The notes: a model not told the origin generated them from the sequence alone. A DNA stretch of 64,000 bases from Synechococcus sp. (GCA_051439425.1 JBFRWD010000140.1:1-64000); one strand, 5' to 3'; shown: positions 47,751-58,599, counted from the first letter of the stretch. Translations and numbers: made by a program.

Positions 47751-49765
47751 GTCGTGCTGTAACCGCGGGGGGTGATGGGATGGTTGGCATGGATAAAGGT
47801 CTTGGAATTGCCAATCAACACCGTTGAGAGCATGTCCACTTGAGTGACATCAAAATGTTGTAGTGTCGTCACCACCGTTGTCTCTGAGGGACGAAAAGCA
47901 GATTTGACGATTGCAACTGGAGTATCGGGTGAACGATGACGGGAGAAAATCTCTCTGGCCGTCGCTAAGCCTTGAGTGCGAGTTCGCGATCGCGGGTTGT
48001 ACAGTGCCACCACAAAATCCGCCGTGGCGGCTGCCTCTAATCGCTGCTCGATGGTCTCCCAGGGGGTGAGTAAATCGGATAGAGAGATGGCACAGAAGTC
48101 GTGCATCAGGGGAGCGCCAACGCGAGCTGCTGCTGCTTGCAAGGCGGTGATCCCCGGAATCACCTCAACCGTGGGAGTTATCCCATCCCATCCGGCACAA
48201 GCCAGTTGTTCCATAACCAGGCCCGCCATACCGTAAATACCGCAATCTCCAGAAGAAATAACGGCAACCGATAGGCCGCGATTCGCGAGTTCAATCGCTG
48301 TCTTGGCCCGCTGAACTTCTTGAGTGATCGGGCTAGCTCGGACGATTTGCTGGGGGGTCAGTAGCGGGGCAATTAAATCGAGATAGAGCTGGTAACCAAC
48401 CACGACATCTGCTTTCGCGATCGCTGCTCGCGCCGCTGGGGCAATTAAACTCAGCGATCCTGGACCCATCCCGACTAGGTGCAACGCTCCGCAGCGATCG
48501 CTATATTCTCGAGCGGCGCGGGCGATTGCTACCGTACAGGCGGCTCCATCCACGCGACTGGACCGTTTCTCCGCAATTAGAGTCGTGGTCGAGGCTGCCA
48601 GCAATGCAGCGGCTTCCGCGACTGATGGAGTTCCGACAGCGTGCTCCACAATGGACGAGGGATTTGGCACCGATACTGTTTTGAGGGCATCAGCTCTATG
48701 CCAAACGATCGGCCACTGATATCTCTCGGCTAGTTCTACTAACCCTATTTCGTCGCGTTTGATATCGATTGACGTCAATCCGGCGATCGCCTCCCACGCC
48801 AGGTTGTGTTGTTGCAGGCAGGTGCGAATGGCGGTTTCGATGGTTGTCGCCGAGGTGCCTCGTTCGCATCCCACTCCAATCCACAGAGTGCGCGGATGCC
48901 AGCAGGCGTAGGGCCTAGGAAGGTTAGTCGGTGGTTGGCGATCGGAGATCCAGAGGGTGGCGGCTGGAGATGGCTGACTGTCGGAGCAACGATCCCAAAC
49001 CAAGAACGGGTGGACTGGTGGGAGGCGATCGCGCCAGATATCCCAACCACAGGTTTGGATAACCGCCACGGATTGCGAGAATCCGACGTCCTCAGCCTTT
49101 GAACCGGCAGCTCTGGCATCAGAAATCTTGTTACCAGCAGTTCTAACAATGGCGCTGGCAACATCGGTCCAGTTCCCTGCTCCCCGCTGCCATCCCATCG
49201 GCTCTCCGAGAGTGTCAATGGCAGGTAGCTGATACGCCGTCGCTCCCGAAGAAATGACAGGAGTGGTATCGAGTAAAGTAGAGACTATGTTTGCCAGTTC
49301 ATCCCCTCCTGCGACGTGCCCACCGCATAACGAGATGGCAAATTGTCCGTTCTCATCAATAGCGACTACCGCAGGGTCGGAGTGCTTATCTTCCAGTAAC
49401 GGTGCGATCAGTCGAACAATCGCACCAGTCGCCAGAATGCAGATTAATGCGTCAGCAGAGGCCCACAATGTCTGGAACAAGGTTGCGAGCGGGCCGCTGT
49501 ACAGTCGAACGTCCCTCTCGAGGTTAGGAGACAGTTCGCCAGCACCGTTATCTCTCCTGCTGCTACTGTCGCTGCCGGCGTTTAGTTTGTCCTCAGTGAC
49601 TTCAGAGTTTGCAGATTCAGAGTTTGCTGAATAAGTCTCTGGACTAGAATCCTTTGTCCAAATTGTTGCATTGGCCAAACCCGCTCGCAGCCGCCGAGCG
49701 ATCGCGACCGCTGCATGCGTAGGGGCAATAATGGCGATCGCAGAATTTGCTAGAGATAGGGGCAT
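47732..49765 (-). CDS. cobJ: CbiG-CobJ fusion (precorrin-3B C17-methyltransferase)
   Basis: CbiG region DPAVVAID...SLCGGH and GVGCERG; methyltransferase region VGMGPG, SSGDCGIYGMAG, DFCAISLSDLLTPW, TPRGY. Confidence 0.93.
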   Translation of the reverse strand: MPLSLANSAIAIIAPTHAAVAIARRLRAGLANATIWTKDSSPETYSANSESANSEVTEDKLNAGSDSSSRRDNGAGELSPNLERDVRLYSGPLATLFQTLWASADALICILATGAIVRLIAPLLEDKHSDPAVVAIDENGQFAISLCGGHVAGGDELANIVSTLLDTTPVISSGATAYQLPAIDTLGEPMGWQRGAGNWTDVASAIVRTAGNKISDARAAGSKAEDVGFSQSVAVIQTCGWDIWRDRLPPVHPFLVWDRCSDSQPSPAATLWISDRQPPTNLPRPYACWHPRTLWIGVGCERGTSATTIETAIRTCLQQHNLAWEAIAGLTSIDIKRDEIGLVELAERYQWPIVWHRADALKTVSVPNPSSIVEHAVGTPSVAEAAALLAASTTTLIAEKRSSRVDGAACTVAIARAAREYSDRCGALHLVGMGPGSLSLIAPAARAAIAKADVVVGYQLYLDLIAPLLTPQQIVRASPITQEVQRAKTAIELANRGLSVAVISSGDCGIYGMAGLVMEQLACAGWDGITPTVEVIPGITALQAAAARVGAPLMHDFCAISLSDLLTPWETIEQRLEAAATADFVVALYNPRSRTRTQGLATAREIFSRHRSPDTPVAIVKSAFRPSETTVVTTLQHFDVTQVDMLSTVLIGNSKTFIHANHPITPRGYSTTYSSPL

Positions 49766-49824
49766 GCGTGGCGGAGAACTAGAGGGATATATTCGCCTCA
49801 AACCTTAGCCCAAGAATGTGCGCT

Positions 49825-50343
49825 CTACCCTAGAGAAAAAATTGCCGATAGAGTGCTGCTGGTCCAGCTGAGGGCAACAAACCCTCCCACAAACGTGAGG
49901 GGAACAATCCAAATTAAGCGTTGCCAGGGAACATCAAGGGCGATCGCTGTAGCCCGTAGCTCCCAGACCACAAACCAAACCAATGCTGCCAACCCGGCTA
50001 AAGCCCCCAGCGAGCCCCCCAATGCCTGAGCAGGAGCAATAAATACCCACGGAAGTCCGCCAAAGGCGATCAGTACTAAGACCGTATCGAAGCGTGGATC
50101 GAGATTGAAACTGTACGCTAGCCCGCGCAGCAGAGCCCCAAGAATGACCCAGCCCAGCAATCCGGCGACAGCAGCCAACACCAATGTGAACGGGTTAAAT
50201 CCTCCCTGCCGTCCAGCATCCAATGCATTTAGCAAAATTGTGATCGCTCCGGCTTGCCAGATAGGAGGATTTTCCCGCAAGTTGCGAAAGGTCCGGTCTG
50301 GGAAAAAATAAGCACCGTAGATGTTATCCAGCAGGGCTTCCAT
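49825..50343 (-). CDS. Yip1 family membrane protein
   Basis: FFPDRTFRNL followed by about 5 TM helices. Confidence 0.75.
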   Translation of the reverse strand: MEALLDNIYGAYFFPDRTFRNLRENPPIWQAGAITILLNALDAGRQGGFNPFTLVLAAVAGLLGWVILGALLRGLAYSFNLDPRFDTVLVLIAFGGLPWVFIAPAQALGGSLGALAGLAALVWFVVWELRATAIALDVPWQRLIWIVPLTFVGGFVALSWTSSTLSAIFSLG

Positions 50344-50412
50344 AAACGGGGATCCTCACTCGGGCCAGAACTACGTCAGAATCTCGGGTCGGGTTGCTTC
50401 AGCAAAGCGATC

Positions 50413-50485
50413 GCTTCAACGTTCGACTGCTTCAACGTTCACCAGCTTCAACGTTCGACTGCTTCAACGCTCGACTGCTTTCACG
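50413..50485. repeat. 16-bp tandem repeat, about 4.5 copies
   Basis: GCTTCAACGTTCGACT units at 50413, 50429, 50445, 50461; partial at 50477. Confidence 0.9.
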
Positions 50486-50598
50486 ATAGCGCGGCAATCG
50501 GGCAGGGGATAGCGGTATCCGGGATCCTTGCAGTATCTCCCTCTGTAGTCTGTGATGGCTTGGCACTCCATTCGCCACTGTCGCCCTATCGCCACAGC

Positions 50599-52248
50599 TT
50601 ATTCGGTGGTCTGGGTTGCCACCGCCTGGCTAGCTTCTGACTGACTCGACTGGGGGATTTGTGTTTGAGATTTCTGAGTGGGGGACTGCTCGGTCAGGCG
50701 GTGAGTAAGGTGGCATTGACCACCGTTGGTGGGGCGATAGTTGAAGGTGGCTCGAACGTTGCGCGGAACGGCTACAGCAAAGTGATACTCCTGCTTGTTG
50801 GGTTCGTCGCCGAAGAGGACATCGAGCTTGGAGAGCAGTACAGCCAGAGTCAGCTTGATGGTGTACTGGGCAAATACCTGGCCGATACAGGCCCGCTTGC
50901 CACGTCCAAAGGGGAAAAAGTAGCTGCTGCCAAACGGATTTGCCTCGATTGTGGCTCGATCCCAGCGTTCGGGTTTGAACTGCTCGGGATTGTCCCAATG
51001 GGAGGAATGCCGCTGCAGGAACCAGCTATTGATAAACAGTTGTGTATTGGCTGGGATTTCAAACTCTCCCAACGTGATGGATTTGTCCGGGCACACGTTG
51101 CGGGTGAAGAAGGGAACGGCGGGAAACAGCCGTAGAGCTTCGCGCATGACCTGTTCTAATGGCAGGCAGTTGTTGAGGCGATCGTAGGTGAGCGGTACCA
51201 CCATTAATTCATCCAGCGCCTGCTGCAGCACCATCATCTGGTCTGGGTGTTGCCACAGAAGATGAAGGGCATTGACAATCGCACTGGGAACGGACACGGC
51301 TCCCCCCGGATAAATTCCGGCACAATAATCCCTCAGTTGCCGCTCGGTAAAGTTTCCACTGCTGTACTCCCTAATCCACTGCAGCATTGATTGTGTTGAG
51401 GAGCCCGCTTGGGCATCTTGCGCCACGCGATCGAACAGGGAATACCACTTCTGACTGGCCTGACGGTATTGCTTGTCCCGTGGCTCGGTAGGAATAGCCC
51501 AGTTTCCTAGGGTTGTGGAGAGAGACATCCGTTGGGTGCCAGCATTGCACATAACGACAAATTGCTCGTAAACCTCGGGGGGGAAGATGCGCCCGTTGAC
51601 CGCCAGGGAAAACCCGTCAAACGTTATCTTTTGCAGGGTTTCGTAAGCGGTTAATGGCCCCAGTTCCGATTGGCCTACTAGCTCGGCCGCACGGGTTTCC
51701 AGGAGTTCTTGGAGGGGATGAACCTGCGAGCTGAGCCAGTCTTCAAAATAGGGTTGATTGAACGGATCTTTGTCTGACAATCGAGTCCAGGTTTTGCCAG
51801 CATCGCGAGCAATAAACGGACTGTTATCCGTCAGCATGGGAAGCAATGCTTTGCGGGGTAGGTTTTTATAAAAATCGGCTTGGTTCGTGGGGAGAAAACG
51901 GTGGACGGGACAACGACTGGAGGCTTTGGGCGGAGGCTCGCTCTGCCCAGAGGGAGGTTCGCCGACTACGTGTGGCTTCTCCGTATGGGTCAGTTCTTCT
52001 GCATCGAGCAAAACATGGGCGATCGCCTCCGGATCGTTAAGCACAACGGAGGGCTTCGATCCGAGCCACATCACTGAAATTGGGCCATATTCTTTGGCAT
52101 AGCGGCCCAACACTCTCCATAACGGTTCACCTGATGTTAAGTCCAGTAAGTTTCCCAATGGGAATTGGGGGGCTGGGCCAGGAATATCGGCCAGTCCCTT
52201 GTACTTTTTGGCATGGATGCTACGAAATAGTGAGGTGAGGAGTGACAC
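50599..52248 (-). CDS. cytochrome P450 (atypical I-helix)
   Basis: EALR (ExxR), PERW, heme motif FGRGKRACIG. GTG start at 52248 follows AGGA; the ORF-track start 52455 lies beyond a hairpin. Confidence 0.92.
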   Translation of the reverse strand: MSLLTSLFRSIHAKKYKGLADIPGPAPQFPLGNLLDLTSGEPLWRVLGRYAKEYGPISVMWLGSKPSVVLNDPEAIAHVLLDAEELTHTEKPHVVGEPPSGQSEPPPKASSRCPVHRFLPTNQADFYKNLPRKALLPMLTDNSPFIARDAGKTWTRLSDKDPFNQPYFEDWLSSQVHPLQELLETRAAELVGQSELGPLTAYETLQKITFDGFSLAVNGRIFPPEVYEQFVVMCNAGTQRMSLSTTLGNWAIPTEPRDKQYRQASQKWYSLFDRVAQDAQAGSSTQSMLQWIREYSSGNFTERQLRDYCAGIYPGGAVSVPSAIVNALHLLWQHPDQMMVLQQALDELMVVPLTYDRLNNCLPLEQVMREALRLFPAVPFFTRNVCPDKSITLGEFEIPANTQLFINSWFLQRHSSHWDNPEQFKPERWDRATIEANPFGSSYFFPFGRGKRACIGQVFAQYTIKLTLAVLLSKLDVLFGDEPNKQEYHFAVAVPRNVRATFNYRPTNGGQCHLTHRLTEQSPTQKSQTQIPQSSQSEASQAVATQTTE

Positions 52249-52405
52249 AAGCGATCCTAGAGTGACAGCAATTTTCCAAATTTCATATCTGTGACGGTGG
52301 AATATAAATTCGGAACGCGAGGCAAGTGTTATGACAGATTTTGATGTCAAAAAACATATAAATAAATGGCCGGAATTGACGAGCGCAAGCAATGCAAGAA
52401 ACGGC

Positions 52406-52438
52406 AGCGATGGATGAACCCTTGGTTCATCCATCGCT
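52406..52438. terminator. perfect 15-bp hairpin between the hybrid kinase and the P450
   Basis: AGCGATGGATGAACC-CTT-GGTTCATCCATCGCT; only a weak U tract. Confidence 0.55.
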
Positions 52439-52587
52439 AGTCCCAAACAGAGCACCCACTGACGTCAGGCCAAGTGAGGGACAGCGAACACTCTCTCTGA
52501 ATGACATGGAAAACCCTACCGTTATGCCATGGCTACCGATCGGGCAACAGGGCTGATGCACGCATCTGCAATCGGGGTTACTAGGGG

Positions 52588-55500
52588 TTATTCAGTATCT
52601 TCTGGAGGCTCGTCGGTATTGGTTGCAGCCATCGGCAACTGCACGGTGAACGTAGTGTTTCCAGGTACAGACTGGAACGAGATCGTACCCCGATGCTTGT
52701 CGACAATTTTCTTGACAATATCTAAGCCCAACCCACTCCCCTCTCCGGGAGGTTTAGTGGTGAAAAAGGGTTTAAAGATATCGGCCTGAACATCGTCTGG
52801 AATTCCAGCTCCGCTGTCCGTGATTTGGACTTGAATGCAAGAATTCACCTGGGTAATTCCCACAGTTAACGTACCCCGATAATCCATAGCTTGTAGCGCG
52901 TTATGAATTAAATTTGTCCACACCTGGCTGAGCTCATCAAAGTAGCAAGGTATGGGCGGTACATCGACATAATTTCGAACGATCGTCACTCCATGTTTGA
53001 TCTGATTGTGATACAGAGTTAGAACCGCTTCTAAACCATCGGTAACTTGGGCCACAGCGGCATTTTCTCGATAGTCATGTCGGGCATATGTTTTTAGCGC
53101 AAAAATAATCTTGGCGGCTCGATCGCCGGCGGTCTGAATATCTCGTGTGCTCTCCCACACCCGCGTCCAATGTCGCACCATCTTGACAAAGGGGATGCAA
53201 TCTTGAGAGCAAAAGAGCGGTAGAAAGACATACAACTCGTCATCAATTTCGCCGTAGATATTAATATCTAGCAACAGACTGGCAAGCTGGTCAGCACTAG
53301 GTACCCCGTTCTCATCTAAATCGGTTTTTAGACGCTTCCGAGTCCGACGTCGCTCGCGACCGGAGAGAATGGCCGGTGGATCGAGCGCTTTCGCCAGTAA
53401 TTGTTTGAATAGCTGTTCTCGCTCGGGAGTCAAGCTACCAAAAAACGCGGGCTGGTCGTAGAGCGTATTCTCCAGAAAATTACTGATGTACTGGACTGAA
53501 GAGCGAATCGCCCCCATCGGCGTGTTGATTTCGTGGGCAATTCCGGCGACTAGCTGACCGAGTGCTGCCATTTTCTCGGACTGCACCAGCCCCTCTTGAG
53601 TGCGTTGAAGCTCGGCCAAAGTATTGGACAGCTCTTGGGTTCGCTCGTCGACTTTTTGCTCTAGGTTGGCATACAGACTGGCTTGGTCGATCGCGATCGC
53701 AGCTTGTCCCGAGAGCAATTGCAGCACCTTCAGTCGCTCCGGGGTAAATGCACCCACCGTCAAATTATTTTCCAAATACAGAATGCCGCTGAGTTGCCGC
53801 TGATTGAGCAATGGGGCGCAGAGGATGGATTTTGACTGATGCTCCTGGACGTAGGGATCGGTGGTGAAATTTCCCGACTGGGTGGCATTTTGCAGCACGA
53901 CGCTCTCTTGGGTGCGCTGTACGAAATTGAGCAGGCTTTGGGGGAGGCGGTTGTGGTGGGATAGCGATTGCAGAACCGTTTCTTCGTGGGTGTCCACATT
54001 ACAGGAGGCCTCGATGGCAAACTGGCCATCTCGCTCCAGTAACAGCAACCCCACCTGGGCACCCGCACTTTTGACCAAAATTTGGATCAGAGTGATGAGT
54101 AGCTTGTCGAGGACAATTTCGCTGGAGATCGCCTGAGAAGCTTGTAACACAGCTTCTAAATCGAGAACGCGATCCCCACTGACCTGTGTCGTGGAGGCTT
54201 GTAAGGTAGCGCCCACCGTAATAGGACAGGCGTCGATCGGTCTGCCGAGATCGCTATCCTCCCAAGCCGTTTCTCGTCTCTGTATTTGGCGACGGGCATG
54301 TGTGCCCCTAGAGAGGGCTGCCGAGATCGATACCAATTGTGGGTGGCGGCCCTCTAGCTGCTGGACTTTCTCCGTTGCCCCCCATTGGTAATAGTTGAAG
54401 TAGGCCTCCTGGAGATACACTCGCCCAAATTGCTCGCGACCCCTGGATAGGTAATGGCTGGCAGCGAGTTCGTTGGCGAGGGCTTCTTCGTGGACGTAAC
54501 CATTGGTCTTTGCGGCAGCGATGGCGCGATCGTAAGATTCTCCAGCCCGATCGATGTGGCCGAGTACCCGATGGCGCTCGGCCTCCACCAGCTCGTACTT
54601 GTGTTGATGGTTATTGGGAGCATGGTTGGCCCATTGTTTCAGTTGCTGTTGATTGCGCTCAACTTGCTCTAATAAGGTCTGGCGATCGGGAATGGCAGGC
54701 TCTTTGCCAGTGGCCTCTTCGACAACTACGTCTCGATCGATGAACTCTTCGCTGCCTATACTTTCACCGGCTAAACGATCTGGGGAGGCGGTAACGCGCT
54801 CGCACAGGGCTAACAGAGTCAGTGATTCGTAGAAGTTCAACTGAGCGACGGTTGCTGCCGCAATCATGCCGTCTTCATTGGCATGGGCTTGCCGAGCACT
54901 TTGGTATGCGGTCTCGTAATCTTGCAGGAGATAATTGACAAAGCACTTGTGCACGTAGAAGAACGCCATTGCCAGCTTGTTTTGCACGCTGTCAACAATC
55001 ACATCGGTTTCATTCAGATACTCGCCGTTTAGTTGACTGCAATCGTCGGAATGACCCAGCAGGTTGGCAACCACCTGTTGGTAGATGCGCAGGTACAGCA
55101 AACAGGCAGACTGTTGCAAATCGGCGATCGTCTCGTGAAACTCCTGCATGCGGGCCGCCAGCCGCCGCAGTCCTTGCCCGGTGAACAGCGCATGCATGGC
55201 TTCCCAGCACAGGCAATAGCAGGCGTATTCCAAATCGCCTGTTTCCAAACCAGCTTGGAACCCAGAGTGTAATTCGGAGATCGTGTTACTGAGGGGTTCT
55301 GTCCAGTGGCGCACAAAGGCATTAAAGACAAACATCACTCGGCTCTTGCAGTCTTTGGCCCCAAATTTTTCCACCACCGCTTGAGCCAACTGCCCGAACT
55401 GATAACCTGCAGCAATATCTCCGGTTACTCCGCACAGAATAATGCCGTAGCAGTCGTAGGCAAACGCCGACTCGGCAGTGTTACCGTACTGAATCGATAA

Positions 55501-58332
55501 CTCGATTTGTTTGAGGTCACTCAGGATAAAGTGACCGATGGATGCTTGGTAGCCTGACGATAGCAACTCCGACAGAATTTGCATCGCCGCGAGTTTCTCC
55601 ACCGCATTCATGCTGGGGCTCTCGAGGAGAGAATAAACCTTGGTGTCTACTCTGAGCTGGGCCACCTCAGATAGCTCGCGTTCGATATTGGGTTGAGAGT
55701 TTTCTGGCAGCTCGACCCCCAATCGAGTCAAAATGTCTAAACCAATCGAGATGGCTTCCAGATGCAAGTTGTGGGCAATCTTGGCCAAAATCTGGACTCG
55801 CGATACATTGACGCAGTCCAAAACCGATTGAGCGTTGCCTTCCACAATCGCCGCCAGTTCTTCTACGCGATTGAAGTCGTGGTTGAGATAGGCCACCTCT
55901 ATCGCTTCGTCATGTAGGGCTAAGGTGAGGGTGTAATCGTTGTTCCAGCCAGAGTCCCCCATTAACTCCAATCCCGTGTTTAAGTAACGGGCAGCGGCTT
56001 GATACGCGGTTGCAGATTTGGCTTTCTTGCCCCCCCGCAGGTTTAACTTGGCTAATGTCAGGTACTCGCCCCGCTCGGGATTGTCTGGCGAGAGGATAAG
56101 AGGAATAGCATGGTTGAGGTGGTCGAGGACCTCAAACAGCCGACTCGATAACGTTTTGGGTGGCATCTGCTTGAGCAGCAAGCGGCCAATGTTGAGGTGC
56201 ACGGTTGTACGTCGAGCGCTCGCAATGGTGGCGTAAGCAGCCTGCTGAATCCGATCGTGCTCGAAGCGGAAGCGATCGATGGTCAGTTCGGAATTGAGGG
56301 TGGATAGAGTGACCACCAGTCCCATGCGAATGGCATGAGTTAAGTTCTCAAACGTCTCCTGTCGCGATCGCTCGCAGGCGATCGCCAGCGTATCGAGGTC
56401 GAATTGCGCTCCGATGCAAGCGGCCAAACGCAAAGCCTCTTGTGCATCTGCCGGTAATTGCTGCAGGCGACCGATGAGTAGATCGACGACATTATCCGTT
56501 AAGTCTTTGGCTCGAATGCGCTCGATATCCCATTCCCACTGTCGCGATTCGGGACTGTAATGCAACAGGCTCTCGTCATGCAGCCGCTTCAGGAATTCGT
56601 TCACAAAAAACGGGTTGCCTTCTGTCTTTTGCCTCACCAGGCCAGCCAGAGATTCCACTTGCTCGATGGATCTCCCCACGGTATCGGCCACTAATTCACC
56701 CAGATGCTGCTGTGACAGGGGGTGCAACGTGATGCTGCCGATGGCAATCTGTTTGGCTTCCAGACGATCGATCAGGGCAGAAAACGGGTGGGTGGGGCCG
56801 ACTTCGTTATTTCGATAGGCGCAAATCACCAAAAAATGTTTGAGTTGGCGATCGCGCATGGTCCGTTCCAGCAGGCGCAAGCTGGCAGAATCTGCCCATT
56901 GCAAGTCATCCAAGAACAGAACCAGCGGATGGTCAAAATCGCAGCACACCCGAATGAAGTTTTGGAACACCAGATTGAACCGGTTTTGAGCCTCGGTGGG
57001 GCCGAGTTTGGGTACGGGGGGCTGTTCCCCCACAATTAATTCGATTTCGGGGATCACCTCTGCAACGACGCCACCATTGGGGCCGAGGGCCGTGGCTAGG
57101 CGATCGCGCCAGCGATCGAGCCGCTCTTCGCTTTCGGTCAGTAATTGTTTGACCAAATCTTTGAACGCATCAATGACTGCAGAATAGGGAACATCCCGCT
57201 GGTACTGGTCGTATTTTCCGGCAATAAAATAGCCTCTCCGCTCGGTAATGGGCTTGTGAATTTCCGCCACTAGCGAGGATTTTCCGACTCCCGAATACCC
57301 CGCTACCAGCATCAGCTCGCTACAAGCATTTCCCCGTTGGTTAACCCGCTCGAACGCTTGCAGCAGAGTGACTTGCTCTCCTTCGCGACCGTACAGTCGT
57401 TGAGGCATCTGAAAGCGATTGGAAAAATCGTGAGTCCCCCACCGAAATTCTGGAATAGAGTCTTGCTCTTGCAAGTATTGCCAACAGCACTCTAAATCGG
57501 CCTGAAGTCCGAAGGCACTCTGGTAGCGCTCCTCGGCTGTTTTCGCCATCAACTTGAGGATGATGTGCGACAGCATGTCCGGGATTTTGGGAGACACCGC
57601 GTGGGGGGGGACGGGCTGGTGCGCGATATGGCAGTGAACGAGCGCTAGCGGGTCAGTGGCTGTAAACGGTAACTTGCCGGTGAGTAATTCGTAAAATGTC
57701 ACCCCTAAAGAGTAAAAATCAGTCCGGTAATCGAGAACGCGATTCATCCGCCCGGTTTGTTCGGGGGAAATGTAGGCCAAGGTCCCTTCCAGAACGCGCG
57801 GGTTTTTAATGCTGGGGTTTTCCCGACTGAGCTGAGTGGCGATTCCAAAATCAATCAGCTTGACTCGACCACTAGCAGGATTGAACAGGATATTGCTGGG
57901 GTTAATGTCTTTGTGGATGATGCTGCGATGATGAACCTGACCTAGCACCCCTGCCAGTTGAATGGCTAAGGAGAGGAAAGTTCTCAGGGGAAGAGCTTTG
58001 TTGAGATAGAGCTCTTTCAGCGAGCGCCCGTCAATGTCTTCCAGCAGGATGGCATAGGTGCGTTGGTAGGGCTCTAGTCCGAAGACATTAATGACCCCTT
58101 CCACATCGGCTAAGCTGCGGGTGATCTCGTATTCCTGGCGATAGCGGGTGAGTTCTGCTGCGCTGGGATAGTCTTCTTTCAAAATTTTGACTACCACCAC
58201 CGGACGCTCCCGATCGGAGGAGCCACTATTAGGGAGGACGCCATCGTCATCGGGAATAGCGCGAAACACCATAGAGTTAGCGCTGTCATAGATTTGCTCT
58301 AGAAGATGGCAATCAGCAACGGTTCCAATCAT
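52588..58332 (-). CDS. hybrid Ser/Thr kinase - AAA ATPase - GAF - histidine kinase
   Basis: HKDINPSN, DFG, GTLAYISPEQTGRMNR; Walker A GYSGVGKS; GAF; GIAHEINTP H-box; GSGLGL G2 box. Confidence 0.95.
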   Translation of the reverse strand: MIGTVADCHLLEQIYDSANSMVFRAIPDDDGVLPNSGSSDRERPVVVVKILKEDYPSAAELTRYRQEYEITRSLADVEGVINVFGLEPYQRTYAILLEDIDGRSLKELYLNKALPLRTFLSLAIQLAGVLGQVHHRSIIHKDINPSNILFNPASGRVKLIDFGIATQLSRENPSIKNPRVLEGTLAYISPEQTGRMNRVLDYRTDFYSLGVTFYELLTGKLPFTATDPLALVHCHIAHQPVPPHAVSPKIPDMLSHIILKLMAKTAEERYQSAFGLQADLECCWQYLQEQDSIPEFRWGTHDFSNRFQMPQRLYGREGEQVTLLQAFERVNQRGNACSELMLVAGYSGVGKSSLVAEIHKPITERRGYFIAGKYDQYQRDVPYSAVIDAFKDLVKQLLTESEERLDRWRDRLATALGPNGGVVAEVIPEIELIVGEQPPVPKLGPTEAQNRFNLVFQNFIRVCCDFDHPLVLFLDDLQWADSASLRLLERTMRDRQLKHFLVICAYRNNEVGPTHPFSALIDRLEAKQIAIGSITLHPLSQQHLGELVADTVGRSIEQVESLAGLVRQKTEGNPFFVNEFLKRLHDESLLHYSPESRQWEWDIERIRAKDLTDNVVDLLIGRLQQLPADAQEALRLAACIGAQFDLDTLAIACERSRQETFENLTHAIRMGLVVTLSTLNSELTIDRFRFEHDRIQQAAYATIASARRTTVHLNIGRLLLKQMPPKTLSSRLFEVLDHLNHAIPLILSPDNPERGEYLTLAKLNLRGGKKAKSATAYQAAARYLNTGLELMGDSGWNNDYTLTLALHDEAIEVAYLNHDFNRVEELAAIVEGNAQSVLDCVNVSRVQILAKIAHNLHLEAISIGLDILTRLGVELPENSQPNIERELSEVAQLRVDTKVYSLLESPSMNAVEKLAAMQILSELLSSGYQASIGHFILSDLKQIELSIQYGNTAESAFAYDCYGIILCGVTGDIAAGYQFGQLAQAVVEKFGAKDCKSRVMFVFNAFVRHWTEPLSNTISELHSGFQAGLETGDLEYACYCLCWEAMHALFTGQGLRRLAARMQEFHETIADLQQSACLLYLRIYQQVVANLLGHSDDCSQLNGEYLNETDVIVDSVQNKLAMAFFYVHKCFVNYLLQDYETAYQSARQAHANEDGMIAAATVAQLNFYESLTLLALCERVTASPDRLAGESIGSEEFIDRDVVVEEATGKEPAIPDRQTLLEQVERNQQQLKQWANHAPNNHQHKYELVEAERHRVLGHIDRAGESYDRAIAAAKTNGYVHEEALANELAASHYLSRGREQFGRVYLQEAYFNYYQWGATEKVQQLEGRHPQLVSISAALSRGTHARRQIQRRETAWEDSDLGRPIDACPITVGATLQASTTQVSGDRVLDLEAVLQASQAISSEIVLDKLLITLIQILVKSAGAQVGLLLLERDGQFAIEASCNVDTHEETVLQSLSHHNRLPQSLLNFVQRTQESVVLQNATQSGNFTTDPYVQEHQSKSILCAPLLNQRQLSGILYLENNLTVGAFTPERLKVLQLLSGQAAIAIDQASLYANLEQKVDERTQELSNTLAELQRTQEGLVQSEKMAALGQLVAGIAHEINTPMGAIRSSVQYISNFLENTLYDQPAFFGSLTPEREQLFKQLLAKALDPPAILSGRERRRTRKRLKTDLDENGVPSADQLASLLLDINIYGEIDDELYVFLPLFCSQDCIPFVKMVRHWTRVWESTRDIQTAGDRAAKIIFALKTYARHDYRENAAVAQVTDGLEAVLTLYHNQIKHGVTIVRNYVDVPPIPCYFDELSQVWTNLIHNALQAMDYRGTLTVGITQVNSCIQVQITDSGAGIPDDVQADIFKPFFTTKPPGEGSGLGLDIVKKIVDKHRGTISFQSVPGNTTFTVQLPMAATNTDEPPEDTE

Positions 58333-58430
58333 TGATGTAGAGGGTGATGGGGAATAACGGTTGGTAAACCAAGGAATAAGTAATAGACGCGTTTGAGGGG
58401 GTGAAGGAAATTATTCTTTCGAACAGATGA

Positions 58431-58460
58431 AAACCCCCAACTCCATGGGGAGTCAGGGGT
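58431..58460 (-). terminator. probable terminator downstream of the response regulator
   Basis: Minus strand reads ACCCCTGACTCC-CCAT-GGAGTTGGGGGT-TTT. Confidence 0.6.
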
Positions 58461-58599
58461 CAAAGATGCCCTGAAGGCAACGGCGTAAAGGCAGCGGATT
58501 GAAAAGAGACTCGGTTGCGCTCATGGAATGAGTCTAGAATTCTGCGCGTAAATCTTGACTGTGGGAATATCGCGTTACTGCTTAAATCTGCGTTTTCAC

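Noticed and set aside
50413..50485. CRISPR array
   Set aside because: Units are 16 bp and directly abutting, with no unique spacers; no cas genes in the window
49766..50598. cobalamin riboswitch for cobJ
   Set aside because: No B12-box recognised; cobJ directly follows yip1
52249..52455. N-terminal extension of the P450 in the ORF track
   Set aside because: Spans a perfect hairpin and AT-rich promoter-like DNA; a better start exists at 52248
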